Positions 23,272-34,588 are shown, counted from the first letter of the stretch. The stretch is DNA of 64,000 bases from Gammaproteobacteria bacterium (GCA_050298595.1 JBNKUM010000067.1:2976-66975); one strand, 5' to 3'. The notes: generated by a model from the letters alone, not told the origin. Made by a program: numbers and translations.

Positions 23272-24741
23272 TCATTCTCCACGCTGTTGATCAATACGTC
23301 GTCTGAACGAAGCCATAATGCTTTTATATAACTGATGCCCCAACACCTTGTCTTCTACTTCGGAATCTATACTGGGGTTATCATTCACTTCGATCACAAA
23401 TACACCCGCATCGGTTTCTTTTAGATCTACTCCATATAGACCATCACCAATCAGGTTAGCTGCTTTGACTGCGGTCTTAACTACCTTTTTGGGTGCAGCT
23501 TCTATGGTCATAGTTTCAAAGTCACCGCTATAGTTTTCACCTGCCGCATGATCGTAGATTTGCCAATGTCCGGAAGACATCATGTATTTACACACAAACA
23601 GAGGTTTACGATCGAGTACTCCTACGCGCCAGTCATAATCTGTGTACATGTATTCCTGCGCGAGGATAAGGTCAGAATCGCGAAACAGCTTTTGACAGGT
23701 AGATTTCAGCTCTTTTAAGTTTTCAGCCTTGTAAACACCACGAGAAAAGGAGCCGTCGGGTATCTTTAGAATAATAGGGAAACTAATATCCTTACTGAGT
23801 TGCTTTTCCTGACCCTTGCTCAGGATTAATGTCTTTGGTGTCGGCACCTTATTGGCACGTAATAATTCTTCCAGAAACACCTTGTTAGTACAGCGCAATA
23901 TCGAATCAGGATCATCCATCACCACCAGTCCTTCATTCTGCGCCCGGCGCGCAAAACGAAAGGTATGGTGATCTATGGAAGTCGTTTCACGAATAAACAG
24001 GGCATCATATTCAGCAATGCGACCGTAATCTTTTTTAGTGATCAATTCTGCGGACATGCCTGACTCGTTTGCCGCCTTAATAAAGCACCCGAGTGCCTCT
24101 GCATCTGATGGCGGTAATTTCTCCGCTGGATTGTGCAAGATTGCCAGTTCATATTTATATTGGCGCTGAGCTTTTGGTTTACGCCAGGGTTTACTCAGAT
24201 AAGCCTGTAACGCTGAGACAAAAGTAATCTTTTCCTGATCATCAAGAGACTTGAGTGAAACTGGCCGAACATCTTCTATCCTCCAACCTTTTTTATACCT
24301 GAAATCTACTCGCAGTAAAGGCGTACTAAAGATCTCAAAAATCTGTTGCCCCAGTTCCTGTAACTCAGGAATAGAGGAACGACCAAACATCACTTTGATT
24401 TTCAGGCGTGTTATTTCCGAAGATAGTCCTTTTTTACTGATGGCTTTTTCCACCTGGTTTTCAAGATTTCGTGTCATCAGGCTATAGATAGAGCGTCGAC
24501 TCAAATCCTGAATAGTGCGCACCGACGGTATTACCTTATGGTTCCTGGCTTCGGCTAGCAGTGAACAGTAATAGCCCAGACTGGCATAGCGATGACTGCG
24601 ACACAGATTGACGATGCGCAAGCGCTGCTCGGGGGGATAGCTTTTGCCTGTCAGGTATTCATTTACGGTAATCACTTTCAGATCCGGAAATTGCTTAGGC
24701 CAGTGTGACAGCTTTTCGACGATGACTATGTGCTCTGACAT
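23272..24741 (-). CDS. RimK-family ATP-grasp ligase with an N-terminal roughly 200-aa (RLAN-like) extension
   Basis: The C-terminal half is an ATP-grasp with RimK-like motifs (ILKIPDGSFSRGV, DGLYGVDL...VIEVNDNPSID). The N-terminal half is unassigned. Confidence 0.8.
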   Translation of the reverse strand: MSEHIVIVEKLSHWPKQFPDLKVITVNEYLTGKSYPPEQRLRIVNLCRSHRYASLGYYCSLLAEARNHKVIPSVRTIQDLSRRSIYSLMTRNLENQVEKAISKKGLSSEITRLKIKVMFGRSSIPELQELGQQIFEIFSTPLLRVDFRYKKGWRIEDVRPVSLKSLDDQEKITFVSALQAYLSKPWRKPKAQRQYKYELAILHNPAEKLPPSDAEALGCFIKAANESGMSAELITKKDYGRIAEYDALFIRETTSIDHHTFRFARRAQNEGLVVMDDPDSILRCTNKVFLEELLRANKVPTPKTLILSKGQEKQLSKDISFPIILKIPDGSFSRGVYKAENLKELKSTCQKLFRDSDLILAQEYMYTDYDWRVGVLDRKPLFVCKYMMSSGHWQIYDHAAGENYSGDFETMTIEAAPKKVVKTAVKAANLIGDGLYGVDLKETDAGVFVIEVNDNPSIDSEVEDKVLGHQLYKSIMASFRRRIDQQRGE

Positions 24742-24762
24742 TCTTTTTCTCAGCCCGGGTAA

Positions 24763-25866
24763 TTATTTTTTGTGGTTATTCGAAATCAATACGACAGCCT
24801 GCAGGCCAGAACGACCGAAACGTGCCATGCGTGAGAACTCCCTGCGCGGGATAGCGATATTGATTGAGTCAGTTGGTGTTTCTCCTTCCTCACGATCAAC
24901 AAAAGGGTCATTCACGTATACCAGATGCTGGTCAAATCCACAAACGACTACCCAGTGAGGATTCTTTTCACCATAAATACGGTAAGAACTGATCAGTACA
25001 ATCGGAATCGCACCTGAGTTAAGCCTGGCTTCCATCTCCGGTTGTTCCAGGTTCTGGTAATGCACCGGGATCTGGTAATCTTTGATCTCCCCCAGCATCT
25101 CTTCATGTACCAGACGCATGACTTCTTTCTTTTCTGGGCTACGTACTGTTTCCACAAATGGCACGCCCTGATCATTAACATGAATAACTGCATTGAATCC
25201 ACGCTTATGAGCCGCTAGCGCCAGACCAAAGGGGCCGCAGCCGCCATGGCCGGATGTCATAAATATCGTAGTCGCTTCACGCCATAGACGGATTTCCAGT
25301 GTTCTATCCAGTGTCAATTCAGGTTGCAGACTTTTCATTGCCATCATCAAAGCAGAAGCACCGCAGGTAAATTCCAGTGTCTGCTCGTAAAAAGGCATAT
25401 TGGCTAATTGTGGAGGCTGATCTGGTTGCAGGCTTTTCTCGAAGCGTAGTGCGGGCATATGATCTTCATAATAATCTGCCAGTACGCCAAAGCGATGGTA
25501 GCCCAGTCCTTCAAACAGTCGCAATGACGCAGCATTGTCTTCTCGTATTTCAAGGCGAATATAAAAACGTCCCTGATCACGTGCCGCGGTTTCGGCAGCA
25601 TTGACCAGCCGCCTGCCTATTCCCATGCCACGAGCGCGTTCCTCGATGGCAATAGAATACAGACGTGCAACCGAGGTTGCCCGGTTATATAGCACCATGA
25701 CATATCCAGCCAGCCCTTCATTATCTTCAGATAACAGTATATCCGCATGAGAGCGGGTCAGCAGATAACGCCATTGTCGACGTGAAATCAGGTCTGTCTC
25801 GAAACAACGTTTTTCTATACCCGTGAGCTGGTCAATATCAGAAAGTTTGGCAGGGCGGATCAACAA
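24763..25866 (-). CDS. Bifunctional GNAT N-acetyltransferase / C39-like cysteine peptidase
   Basis: The N-terminal half is GNAT (RARGMGIGRRLV). The C-terminal half has a papain-like Cys motif (FTCGASALMMAM) and a His (HWVVVCGFD). It lies 22 bp upstream of the RimK-family gene. Confidence 0.8.
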   Translation of the reverse strand: MLIRPAKLSDIDQLTGIEKRCFETDLISRRQWRYLLTRSHADILLSEDNEGLAGYVMVLYNRATSVARLYSIAIEERARGMGIGRRLVNAAETAARDQGRFYIRLEIREDNAASLRLFEGLGYHRFGVLADYYEDHMPALRFEKSLQPDQPPQLANMPFYEQTLEFTCGASALMMAMKSLQPELTLDRTLEIRLWREATTIFMTSGHGGCGPFGLALAAHKRGFNAVIHVNDQGVPFVETVRSPEKKEVMRLVHEEMLGEIKDYQIPVHYQNLEQPEMEARLNSGAIPIVLISSYRIYGEKNPHWVVVCGFDQHLVYVNDPFVDREEGETPTDSINIAIPRREFSRMARFGRSGLQAVVLISNNHKK

Positions 25867-26155
25867 AGTATCGCAATTGGGATATTTAGAAATCTTATCT
25901 TAGCAACTTTGAATAAAAAGGAAATGGATATTTTTTAAAGTTGGAATAGCTACTATGACTGTTATTTTTGGCATTAAATTGAATTCCTGACCAATATGAA
26001 AATCCGATAAAACTACTTTTTTGTGATCGTGCTCGTTAAAATACAGCCTTAACCACCAGATGAACCACAACAGTGATCAGTTTTTTTATCTGTTACATGA
26101 TGCCGTATCGTAAGCAACCACACACTTTACTTGCAAAAGAACATCGGGGTTCCTG

Positions 26156-27283
26156 ATGAGTTTCTGCCGCTTTTACGATAATGCAGACTGCCGTTCCTGT
26201 TCGTTGCTTGAGCTCTCCTACCCAATGCAATTGCAACAGAAAGAACAACAACTGCATCAGATTCTCGATCACTTCAAACCAGCCCACTGGCTTGCGCCGA
26301 TAACCGGATCTCAAACAGGTTTCCGCAACAAAGCAAAAATGGTCGCTACAGCGTCACCCCAGGGTATCGTACTCGGATTGTCTGGTGGCATTAGTCTGAT
26401 CGAATGTCCACTGTATGAAAGCAACATGCAAAGGGTATTGCAGCAGGTGCAGCGCTGGTTGAATACTATAGGGGTCAAAGCATATGACGTAAAACGTAAA
26501 AGCGGTGAATTAAAGTATGTATTATTCACCCGCAGCACATACGATAACTCGATGATGCTGCGTTTTGTATTACGCTCGACGTCCAGTATTGATGTTCTGC
26601 GCAAATCTCTCAACTTACTACTCAATAGCGCAACTGAATTAAAAGTAGTCAGTGTCAATCTACAACCTGTACACATGGCGATACTCGAGGGTGATGAAGA
26701 GATTTTTCTCACAGAGCAAACTGTGCTGGAGGAATCCCTGAATGGAATCCCGCTGTTCATCCGGCCCAAAAGCTTTTTCCAGACCAATCCTGAAGTAGCG
26801 GCAAAGCTATACCAGAGCGCAGCTGAATGGGTCGACTCTACCGGCGCTAAAACTATTATGGATCTGTTTTGCGGTGTCGGCGGATTTGCCCTGCATGTCG
26901 CGAATAATGATCGTAACGTCATTGGCATTGAAATCGAAGAGGAAGCCATCATCTGTGCGTCCAAATCTGCCAGGCGACTCGGCATCAATACTCTGAGCTT
27001 TAAAGCACTGGATGCAACGAGTTACAGCACAGAAACATCTACTCCGCCTGAGGTACTCATTGTCAATCCTCCGCGCAGAGGATTAGGCCAACAGCTATGC
27101 AACTGGATAGAAAGCAGTTCGCCTCAGCATATTATTTATTCAAGCTGTAATGCCGCCAGTCTCGGCCAGGATCTGACTGCAATGGAATCTTACAGTGTTG
27201 CCAAAGTACAGATGTTTGATATGTTCCCTCACTCGCGGCATTTCGAGACACTGGTTTATCTGGTAAAAAAAACAGGTAAATGA
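26156..27283 (+). CDS. rlmC: 23S rRNA (uracil747-C5)-methyltransferase
   Basis: An N-terminal Cys cluster (CRSCS) and near-colinear similarity to E. coli RlmC (GFRNKAKMV, LFCGVGGF, NPPRRG). Confidence 0.9.
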   Translation: MSFCRFYDNADCRSCSLLELSYPMQLQQKEQQLHQILDHFKPAHWLAPITGSQTGFRNKAKMVATASPQGIVLGLSGGISLIECPLYESNMQRVLQQVQRWLNTIGVKAYDVKRKSGELKYVLFTRSTYDNSMMLRFVLRSTSSIDVLRKSLNLLLNSATELKVVSVNLQPVHMAILEGDEEIFLTEQTVLEESLNGIPLFIRPKSFFQTNPEVAAKLYQSAAEWVDSTGAKTIMDLFCGVGGFALHVANNDRNVIGIEIEEEAIICASKSARRLGINTLSFKALDATSYSTETSTPPEVLIVNPPRRGLGQQLCNWIESSSPQHIIYSSCNAASLGQDLTAMESYSVAKVQMFDMFPHSRHFETLVYLVKKTGK

Positions 27284-27286
27284 TAT

Positions 27287-30100
27287 TTAGTCTTTCAATG
27301 CTTTTAATATGGTCGTGTAGTCAAAGTTCCTGGCGAGCTGAGTCAGTTTGCTCTGTAATTCCTGGTCGTGCATCGAAACCTGCTGGATGACCGCCTCAAT
27401 GCGCTTGGACTCCAGGCTTTCTAGCACTTCAACGAACTCATTGCGCAGTGCTTCAGGCAGGCTATTCAACATCTGCGGCGTTAACGATATATCCGGTTCT
27501 ATTACGTCTGATTCCACAGCGCTCTCATAAAGATATTTCACGCCTAGCTGTCTTGAAAGGCAATCATAAATCTCGCCCGGTCGGTAGGGCTTGCGCACAT
27601 AGTCATCCATGCCACTAGCAAGCATTTCGTCCCGCTCTTCGTCAAACGCCGATGCAGTCACTGCAGCAATCTTAACCTCCTTGCCACCCGCTAATTCACG
27701 GATGCGCCGTGTCGCCTGTATGCCATCCATCACAGGCATGCGTCTATCCATCCAGATGAAATGTGGATGCCAGCTCTCAAACAGTTGTACCCCCTGCTCA
27801 CCGTTCTCGGCTATCCTGACCTTAAAACCAACAGATTCCATAAACCTGCTCAGTAGCAACTGATTATCACGCTGGTCTTCCACGATCAAAATACGATACT
27901 CGCCCTGGTCAGGGGCCAGCGCCATCACTTCGTCCTTGACGATCACCTGCTCTGCCATAGTAATATCTGCCTCCTGTGCTTCAATCAGGGGTAGGTCGAG
28001 CCTGAACAACGAGCCTTTACCTGGAGCACTTTCCAGCCAGATATTCCCGCCCATCATCTTTACAAATTGACGCGTAATCGTTAATCCCAGCCCGGTGCCT
28101 TTATTGGTACCCTGTTCGCCAAGTTGCACAAAAGGCTCGAAAACCTTTTGCTGGTCTTCAACCGCTATGCCAATGCCAGTGTCCTCTACATCGATCAGCA
28201 GATGAGAGATCTTATTATCCTTTGTGTCCAGGCGTAGCGTGACCCCCCCCTGCTCAGTATTTTTGATGGCGTTGCTTACCAGATTGATCAGAATCTGCCG
28301 TAGACGGGCCTGATCACCGACAATGAAACGTGGGAATAGAGAACTCTGGTCGATCCTTAATTGCAGGCCTTTGTTGAAAGCACGTTGCTGCATCATGTCA
28401 ATAATATCGCGCACCAGAGTACCCAGATCGAAGGCTGCATTTTCCAGATTCACCTGTCCCGCTTCGATCTTGGCCATATCTAGCACATCGTTAATCAGCG
28501 CCAGCAGATGTTTACCGCTACGACTAATAATTTCGATGTTCTCACGCAGGGATTCGTGTAGTAATGGATTATTGGTCATGAGTTCGGAGAACCCGAGGAT
28601 GGCGTTCAGAGGTGTGCGAAGTTCATGACTCATATTGGCCAGGAAGGCACTCTTGGCACGGCTGGCTGATTCAGCGTGTTCCTTGGCAGATAGCAACTGC
28701 CGATTTGAATCGGCTAACTCGTGAGTACGTTCATTCACCTTTGCCTCCAGGCCCCCAATTAATGCATGCAATTGACCTGCAATATTATTAAAGACGGATG
28801 TCAGCTCACTGATTTCATCTTCCGATTGGGGTGCTATTGGATGCTGTAGATAACGTCTCAGAGCAATACGCTGGCTATACTCTCTATCTACTTCTTCTTC
28901 CACCATCTCAGGTTTCTCCAGACCCATCGCAGATACTGCCCTGGTAAGCGCCCTGATCGGTGCAACGATTCTACTGATCAAGGAGTATCCGACGGCACCT
29001 CCCAACACAAGAATAAACACAGACGCGGCAATAATGCCCATGACGGTTTGGCGGATGGTGGCAATGGTGTTTTCCCTCGAAAGTGCCTGACTCAGAATAA
29101 GCGAGCTACCATCCTCTGCTATCTGCCAGGGCATAGAAGCCTGGTAGTAGGAATCCCCTCCTATATTTACGGTATGCAACTGGATAAGCGGGTCTCTTTG
29201 CGCAGACAAAACTTCAGTTGGTGTAGCCAGATCTACCAATTGAACACGCTGCTGCCCATCTGCGGAGATAATAGCCGGCAACAAACCCGTCTTCTCAGTA
29301 AGATTTTGCAGAAAGCCTTTGTCAAATACCTGAGTAAAAACAAACATACCGATCCTGACCGGTAAGTCCTCCTGCGTTAGCTGGGCTTGCAAAGCTGTCG
29401 TAGGCGTGGCTATGCTCAGGTTTTCGGCAATGACTTCGTTAAAAGACTGGCGAATCATACCTTGAATCGGCACTATCACGTGCAGCTCGATAACCTCTTG
29501 TGCAGGAAAATCGAAGCTTACCGTCACCCTGTCCACATTGGGAAAGTGGCGATGGATTGATCCTGGCAGTGGGATTTCTGACCAGTTACGCCAGTCATCC
29601 AGCGGTACCTTACCATTTCTGTACTGCTGAATCCCAACCACCCTAGTTTGACTATCGTGTCGCTTTATCATGCCCGCCGCCTGCGGCGTCACAAAATGTG
29701 ACAGGTCATCATCTAGATACACCGCCACACTGGACAGGCGTGCGGAGAGCAGGATTAACTGTAAGCGGTTTAAGGATGTGACCCGGTTAAGACTTACAGC
29801 GCTGTCGAGAGGAGCGCTAGGTTGATTTTTCAGCTTGAGTAGCTGGCTGTATAAAACAGCCATATCGCTAAGATTCTTTTCGTCACGCGCGGCTTGCATA
29901 GACACATTAGACATACGGTTGCGCATTTCCTGTAGATCGTTTTGAAATACGATCAACTCACGTGACAATCGGTTATAGGCTTCTGCCTGACTCTCGCGGT
30001 TAATCAGGTATGAAGCCAGCAGGGCATTAAGCAGCGTAACCGCTAACAGAAATGCCGCAAAGATAGCCAGTAGCTTGTATTTAATACTTACAATTTTCAC
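27287..30100 (-). CDS. Hybrid sensor histidine kinase (periplasmic domain of about 310 aa, HAMP, HisKA, HATPase, REC, C-terminal helical extension), paralog 1
   Basis: A 937-aa protein. Two TM segments flank the large periplasmic domain. It has an H-box ([17 protein letters not shown]) and REC (FIWMDRRMPVMDG). Confidence 0.9.
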   Translation of the reverse strand: MKIVSIKYKLLAIFAAFLLAVTLLNALLASYLINRESQAEAYNRLSRELIVFQNDLQEMRNRMSNVSMQAARDEKNLSDMAVLYSQLLKLKNQPSAPLDSAVSLNRVTSLNRLQLILLSARLSSVAVYLDDDLSHFVTPQAAGMIKRHDSQTRVVGIQQYRNGKVPLDDWRNWSEIPLPGSIHRHFPNVDRVTVSFDFPAQEVIELHVIVPIQGMIRQSFNEVIAENLSIATPTTALQAQLTQEDLPVRIGMFVFTQVFDKGFLQNLTEKTGLLPAIISADGQQRVQLVDLATPTEVLSAQRDPLIQLHTVNIGGDSYYQASMPWQIAEDGSSLILSQALSRENTIATIRQTVMGIIAASVFILVLGGAVGYSLISRIVAPIRALTRAVSAMGLEKPEMVEEEVDREYSQRIALRRYLQHPIAPQSEDEISELTSVFNNIAGQLHALIGGLEAKVNERTHELADSNRQLLSAKEHAESASRAKSAFLANMSHELRTPLNAILGFSELMTNNPLLHESLRENIEIISRSGKHLLALINDVLDMAKIEAGQVNLENAAFDLGTLVRDIIDMMQQRAFNKGLQLRIDQSSLFPRFIVGDQARLRQILINLVSNAIKNTEQGGVTLRLDTKDNKISHLLIDVEDTGIGIAVEDQQKVFEPFVQLGEQGTNKGTGLGLTITRQFVKMMGGNIWLESAPGKGSLFRLDLPLIEAQEADITMAEQVIVKDEVMALAPDQGEYRILIVEDQRDNQLLLSRFMESVGFKVRIAENGEQGVQLFESWHPHFIWMDRRMPVMDGIQATRRIRELAGGKEVKIAAVTASAFDEERDEMLASGMDDYVRKPYRPGEIYDCLSRQLGVKYLYESAVESDVIEPDISLTPQMLNSLPEALRNEFVEVLESLESKRIEAVIQQVSMHDQELQSKLTQLARNFDYTTILKALKD

Positions 30101-30184
30101 TATTAATTAGCATCAGTAATCGATGCACGTCCCTCAATCAATCAGCTGATAAAAAACAGGGGCTCGTTGCACATCCGTTCAACA

Positions 30185-31546
30185 CTACCGATGAGCATAA
30201 CCGTTATGATCTTGAATGTCCTGATCAATCTTTTCGGCTGCTTTACTGAGTTCGGCCTGCACATCAGCCCCTTTAATTATATTATCTACCGCCTCGGCGA
30301 AGACTTTGGTGATAGTTGCATAGGCTGGCGTGAGGGGACGAGGCACAGCCCAACCGGCTTCTATCTGTTGAACATACACGTTTAAAGGGCCACCTGGCTG
30401 GTAAAGCTCTGACCTGGCAAATGCCGATTTACGCGCCGGTACACCAGGGTGAATACCTGTCCAACGCACAATCTTGTCGGGTTGCAGAATATAGTCCAGG
30501 ATCGCCCAGCTCCCTTCAGGATTCTGGCAGGAGCTGGTGATACCAAAATTCCAGGCACCCAAACCAGTTTTGGGTCCATTGCCAAAGTCAGGCATGGGGA
30601 TGACAACCAAATCTTCGCCCAAAGCATCCGCATAGCTGCTATAGGTCCAGTGTCCTACCCAGGAAAGCGCCGCTTTGCCAGAAGCAAAATCCGTATCTCC
30701 CTGTGGGCTGGGGTTAGCCCAGCCCTTCTGGAACCAGCTCTGGAAATGCTGCATAGCTGTGACGGATTGAGGTCCATCCAGTACGCCTTTGGCAGACTGG
30801 TAGTTATTGCGATCAATCAAGTCACCGCCGAAAGACTGCAGGATGGGTGAAAAACCATAGGTAAAGAATTCACCGCGCCCATAGTTGATTTTCATATCCA
30901 GTGGATATTCAACGTCTGGGACGGCGGCCAGTTTTTCTAAAGCCGCTTCAAACTCAGCCAGATCCCATGGCTGCTGGATGGTAGGTATGCGCACGCCAGC
31001 TGCCTTTAGGTACTGGCGATTGCCATACATCGCCAGACCAGAGTCAACTATACCCAGTGTATACAGATTATTATTGTAGGTTCCCTGGGCAATGATAGAG
31101 GGCAGGAAATCGGCCTTCATCTGTGCTGACACAAAGCGGTCTATGGGTTGCAGGTAACCCAGCCAGGCCAGATATGAGACCATAGGTCCGTCAAAGAAAA
31201 GCAGGCAGGGCAGATCACCTGTGCGCCCGGCAGCCAGGATGCGGTCGGTGTAAATGCCTTCTGGCACCAGTGTCATCTCGGCTGAGTAGCGATCCTGCTC
31301 CTTGTTAAAGTCCTTCAGATTGAGTTCCATTGCTTTTAAGGCATTACCGGTACCGGCATTGAACCATACCGTCACGATTTGATTCCTGCTAACTGCGGCT
31401 GATGGAGGCTTAATCTTAGTGGGCGCTGGTTCAGGCGCTATACTGGCTGGTGGGCTTTTAGCAGTGGGTTCACTGGGTGGATCGCAAGCCGTTAGCACGG
31501 ATGCTAGCATGAATAAAATTATTAGATAACTAACCTTCTTGTGCAT
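30185..31546 (-). CDS. Orphan extracellular solute-binding lipoprotein (family-1, sugar-type SBP fold), paralog 1
   Basis: A 453-aa protein with a lipoprotein signal (LTAC). It has a MalE/UgpB-like architecture. There are no adjacent permease or ATPase genes. Confidence 0.85.
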   Translation of the reverse strand: MHKKVSYLIILFMLASVLTACDPPSEPTAKSPPASIAPEPAPTKIKPPSAAVSRNQIVTVWFNAGTGNALKAMELNLKDFNKEQDRYSAEMTLVPEGIYTDRILAAGRTGDLPCLLFFDGPMVSYLAWLGYLQPIDRFVSAQMKADFLPSIIAQGTYNNNLYTLGIVDSGLAMYGNRQYLKAAGVRIPTIQQPWDLAEFEAALEKLAAVPDVEYPLDMKINYGRGEFFTYGFSPILQSFGGDLIDRNNYQSAKGVLDGPQSVTAMQHFQSWFQKGWANPSPQGDTDFASGKAALSWVGHWTYSSYADALGEDLVVIPMPDFGNGPKTGLGAWNFGITSSCQNPEGSWAILDYILQPDKIVRWTGIHPGVPARKSAFARSELYQPGGPLNVYVQQIEAGWAVPRPLTPAYATITKVFAEAVDNIIKGADVQAELSKAAEKIDQDIQDHNGYAHR

Positions 31547-31765
31547 GACTTTTCACCTGTAAATGAATCGAATACCTTTTCAATCGTCGAGCTCTAATGA
31601 TCTGCCTGTCAGCAGCGGGATGCATGCGCTACTGCTTTTACTTTTATCTTCATACCCTTCAGACTCCTGAGTGTGAAAACCTATTTCTTACTTACGCGAT
31701 ATATAGCCCAGTTTGCACAGCGGTGTATGAATAATAAACGCCTCAGCCTTAGATCGACAGGCCAA

Positions 31766-34588
31766 TTATTCAGCCTTATTTAGTGCTCTTAATATAGCAG
31801 GGTAATCAAACTTACTGGCGAGCTGGCTGAGTGCCCTGTGTAACGCCGGGTCAATCGCCTCGGTGCGCTGGATCACTGCCTCAATGCTCTCGGGCTCCAG
31901 ACTTTCCAGTACCTCAATAAGCTCACTACGTAACACTTCTGGTAACTTTTCCAGCATCTGTGGCGTTAATACTACATGCTCATCTTGCGCCTTTGACGCA
32001 GTACTTCCGTACAGATATTTAACGCCCAGGTGTTTTGATATCACATCGTAGATTAGCGTCGCTCTGTATGGTTTGCTCACGTAATCGTCCATACCGATTT
32101 TTAGAATTTCATTGCGCTCCTCTTCAAAGGCCGAGGCGGTCACCGCGACAATCTTTACCTCTTTGCCGTCAGGCAATTCCCGGATACGTCGTGTTGCCTG
32201 CATGCCATCCATCACCGGCATATGTATATCCATCCAGATTAAATGTGGATGCCAGCTCTGAAACAGTTGTACACCCTGCTCACCATTTTCCGCCAGCTTT
32301 ATCTGGAAACCAACACTCTCCATAATTTCAGAAAGAAGGAGTTGATTGTCGCTCTGGTCTTCGACGATCAGGATACGGTATTCGGGTTGTCCCGGCGCAA
32401 GGCTAGTCACAACCCCCCTGCCAATCTGATCCGGTTTGCTGATATCCTGTTCCAGTGCTTCCTGCAAGATCAGTTCTATGCTGAATACCGTGCCTTTATC
32501 AATCTCGCTTTGCAGGCTGATACTGCCACCCATCATTTGCACGAACTGGCGCGTAATAGCCAGCCCGAGTCCCGTGCCCTTACTGCTATCCTTTTCACCC
32601 ACCTGTACGAAGGGGTCGAAGATAAGTTGTTGATCTTCAGGGCTGATACCTATGCCTGTATCCTCAACCTCGATCAGCAGATGAGATATTCTGTTTTGCT
32701 TTGTGGCCAGACGCAGAGTCACGCCCCCCTGCTGGGTAGCTCTGATGGCATTCCCTATCAGATTGATCAGAATCTGGCGCAGGCGCGACTCGTCGCCTAC
32801 GATGTAACGAGGGAACTGCGATGACTGGTCGACATGTAATTGCAGATCCTTATTTTCCGCGCGTATGCGCATCATATCGATAACATCTCGTAGCATACCG
32901 CCCAGATCAAAAGGCTCATTCTCCAGTTGTACCCGCCCGGCTTCTATCTTGGCCATTTCCAACACATCGTTGATCAGCGTTAGCAGGTATTCGCCACTAC
33001 GATTAATAATATTATTATTGTGCTGTAATCTTTCAGGCAGTGATGGATCCTGGTTCATCAGGTTGGAAAACCCGAGGATAGCGTTCAATGGGGTACGCAG
33101 TTCGTGGCTCATGTTGGCAAGGAAAGTACTCTTGGCTCGGTTGGCAACTTCGGCCTTTTCTTTGGCCGCCTGTAACTCCTGAGTGCGTTCGTCAACGCGT
33201 TGCTCCAGTGTTTCAAACGATTGCCGCAGTTGCCTGATCATGGCATTGAAGGCGGCGGCCAGTTGCCCTACTTCATCACTGGCTTTAAGGTCAATCTCGA
33301 TCAGCTTATCCGAGACTACAGGCGTATCTTTCGCTGTGGAACTATTAATCTGGGTGTTCAGACCGATGCGTGAAACGCTTTCCGTTAAGGCCACAATCGG
33401 TTTGACCAGACGATCTAACAGTATATAGCCCAATATCCAGACCACGATCAAAACCAGAGTAGCCAGGCCAATGAGTGCAGTAACGGTTTCTCGTATCTTC
33501 TGGGAGGCGCTCGCCCCTGATTGCGTAAACCCGATAATCAGCCGGGCTTTATCGCCATAGTGCAACAGGGTCAGGGCCTGGTAATAGGTTTCATCATCCA
33601 CGCTCAGAATCCTTTGTTGCATCGGTTGTTCAGGTGTCGCCTGACTCTGTTGCACCCATTGCACCAGATCTTCCGGCTTCATCTTCATTTTGACGATTTC
33701 GATTTGATGCATCCCATCTAACGAATACAGTGCTGGTAATAAACCACTTTTCTGCGCAATGCCTTGCAAAAATGCCTGGTCAAAGACCTTCTTGAATACA
33801 AAGGCACCAATGAGAACTGGTTTGATTTGGTCGGGATTTTTCTGGTTAAGCGCTTCCTGAGAAGCGATGACTGGATTGTTGACCACAAATCCTTCGGAGG
33901 AACCCAGGGTAATATTGTTTCGCATTACCGTTCGAGTAATTGCCTGTACCGGGACAACGATTTGCAATACCAACGCCTGCTGTTCAGAAAAATAAAAGGA
34001 AATCATGGGTTGCCTGGGTAATGTAATTTGAGATGAGATTAATGGAGGAGGGGTACCCAGCGGCCATATTGGCCAGTTATTGAACTTCATCTCTCCGCTC
34101 TGATCTGGATCAGTTTTAATCAGCCTCTGCTGCCCCTCCCGAAACACACTGATGCCAGCCTCAGTAGTAGTCACGAAATGACTTAACTCATTGCCCGTGT
34201 AAACGGCGGCGCTGGAAAATCCGGCCGTACGCAGAATAATCTGAAACCGATTCAGTGAAATGGTTTTATCGAACAGGAATCCGCGTTCATTCTTTGATGC
34301 TAGCTCAGGATAGTTCTTAAATTGCTGTGTTTTTGCATACAGCGTAGCCAGATCACTCAAGTTATCGATTCCGGTAACATTTTTTTCGGCAACCCTGCGC
34401 AGATCAGTTATCGTTTCCTGCAACTCGTACTGTAACAGGTCGGTCTGTTTGGTCAGGCTGCTAAACGCCTCTCGCTCGCTTTGTTGCGTGGTCAGGTAGA
34501 TGGCGAGTGCTACATTAAGCCCAGCGATAATGATCAGGGCCGTGCTAAACGCCAGCAGCAATTTCGTCTTGATACCCGATATGTTCAC
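31766..34588 (-). CDS. Hybrid sensor histidine kinase, paralog 2
   Basis: A 940-aa protein with the same architecture as 27287-30100 and clear similarity along its full length. Confidence 0.9.
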   Translation of the reverse strand: MNISGIKTKLLLAFSTALIIIAGLNVALAIYLTTQQSEREAFSSLTKQTDLLQYELQETITDLRRVAEKNVTGIDNLSDLATLYAKTQQFKNYPELASKNERGFLFDKTISLNRFQIILRTAGFSSAAVYTGNELSHFVTTTEAGISVFREGQQRLIKTDPDQSGEMKFNNWPIWPLGTPPPLISSQITLPRQPMISFYFSEQQALVLQIVVPVQAITRTVMRNNITLGSSEGFVVNNPVIASQEALNQKNPDQIKPVLIGAFVFKKVFDQAFLQGIAQKSGLLPALYSLDGMHQIEIVKMKMKPEDLVQWVQQSQATPEQPMQQRILSVDDETYYQALTLLHYGDKARLIIGFTQSGASASQKIRETVTALIGLATLVLIVVWILGYILLDRLVKPIVALTESVSRIGLNTQINSSTAKDTPVVSDKLIEIDLKASDEVGQLAAAFNAMIRQLRQSFETLEQRVDERTQELQAAKEKAEVANRAKSTFLANMSHELRTPLNAILGFSNLMNQDPSLPERLQHNNNIINRSGEYLLTLINDVLEMAKIEAGRVQLENEPFDLGGMLRDVIDMMRIRAENKDLQLHVDQSSQFPRYIVGDESRLRQILINLIGNAIRATQQGGVTLRLATKQNRISHLLIEVEDTGIGISPEDQQLIFDPFVQVGEKDSSKGTGLGLAITRQFVQMMGGSISLQSEIDKGTVFSIELILQEALEQDISKPDQIGRGVVTSLAPGQPEYRILIVEDQSDNQLLLSEIMESVGFQIKLAENGEQGVQLFQSWHPHLIWMDIHMPVMDGMQATRRIRELPDGKEVKIVAVTASAFEEERNEILKIGMDDYVSKPYRATLIYDVISKHLGVKYLYGSTASKAQDEHVVLTPQMLEKLPEVLRSELIEVLESLEPESIEAVIQRTEAIDPALHRALSQLASKFDYPAILRALNKAE

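Noticed and set aside
27287-27583. Calling the post-REC C-terminal segment of the hybrid kinases an Hpt domain
   Set aside because: No HxxKG motif. No His is conserved across the three paralogous extensions.
31600-31645. Hairpin (agcagcg..atgcat..cgctact) as a terminator between HK2 and SBP1
   Set aside because: The stem is imperfect and the T-run lies on the wrong side for the minus-strand transcript. It could equally be leader structure.
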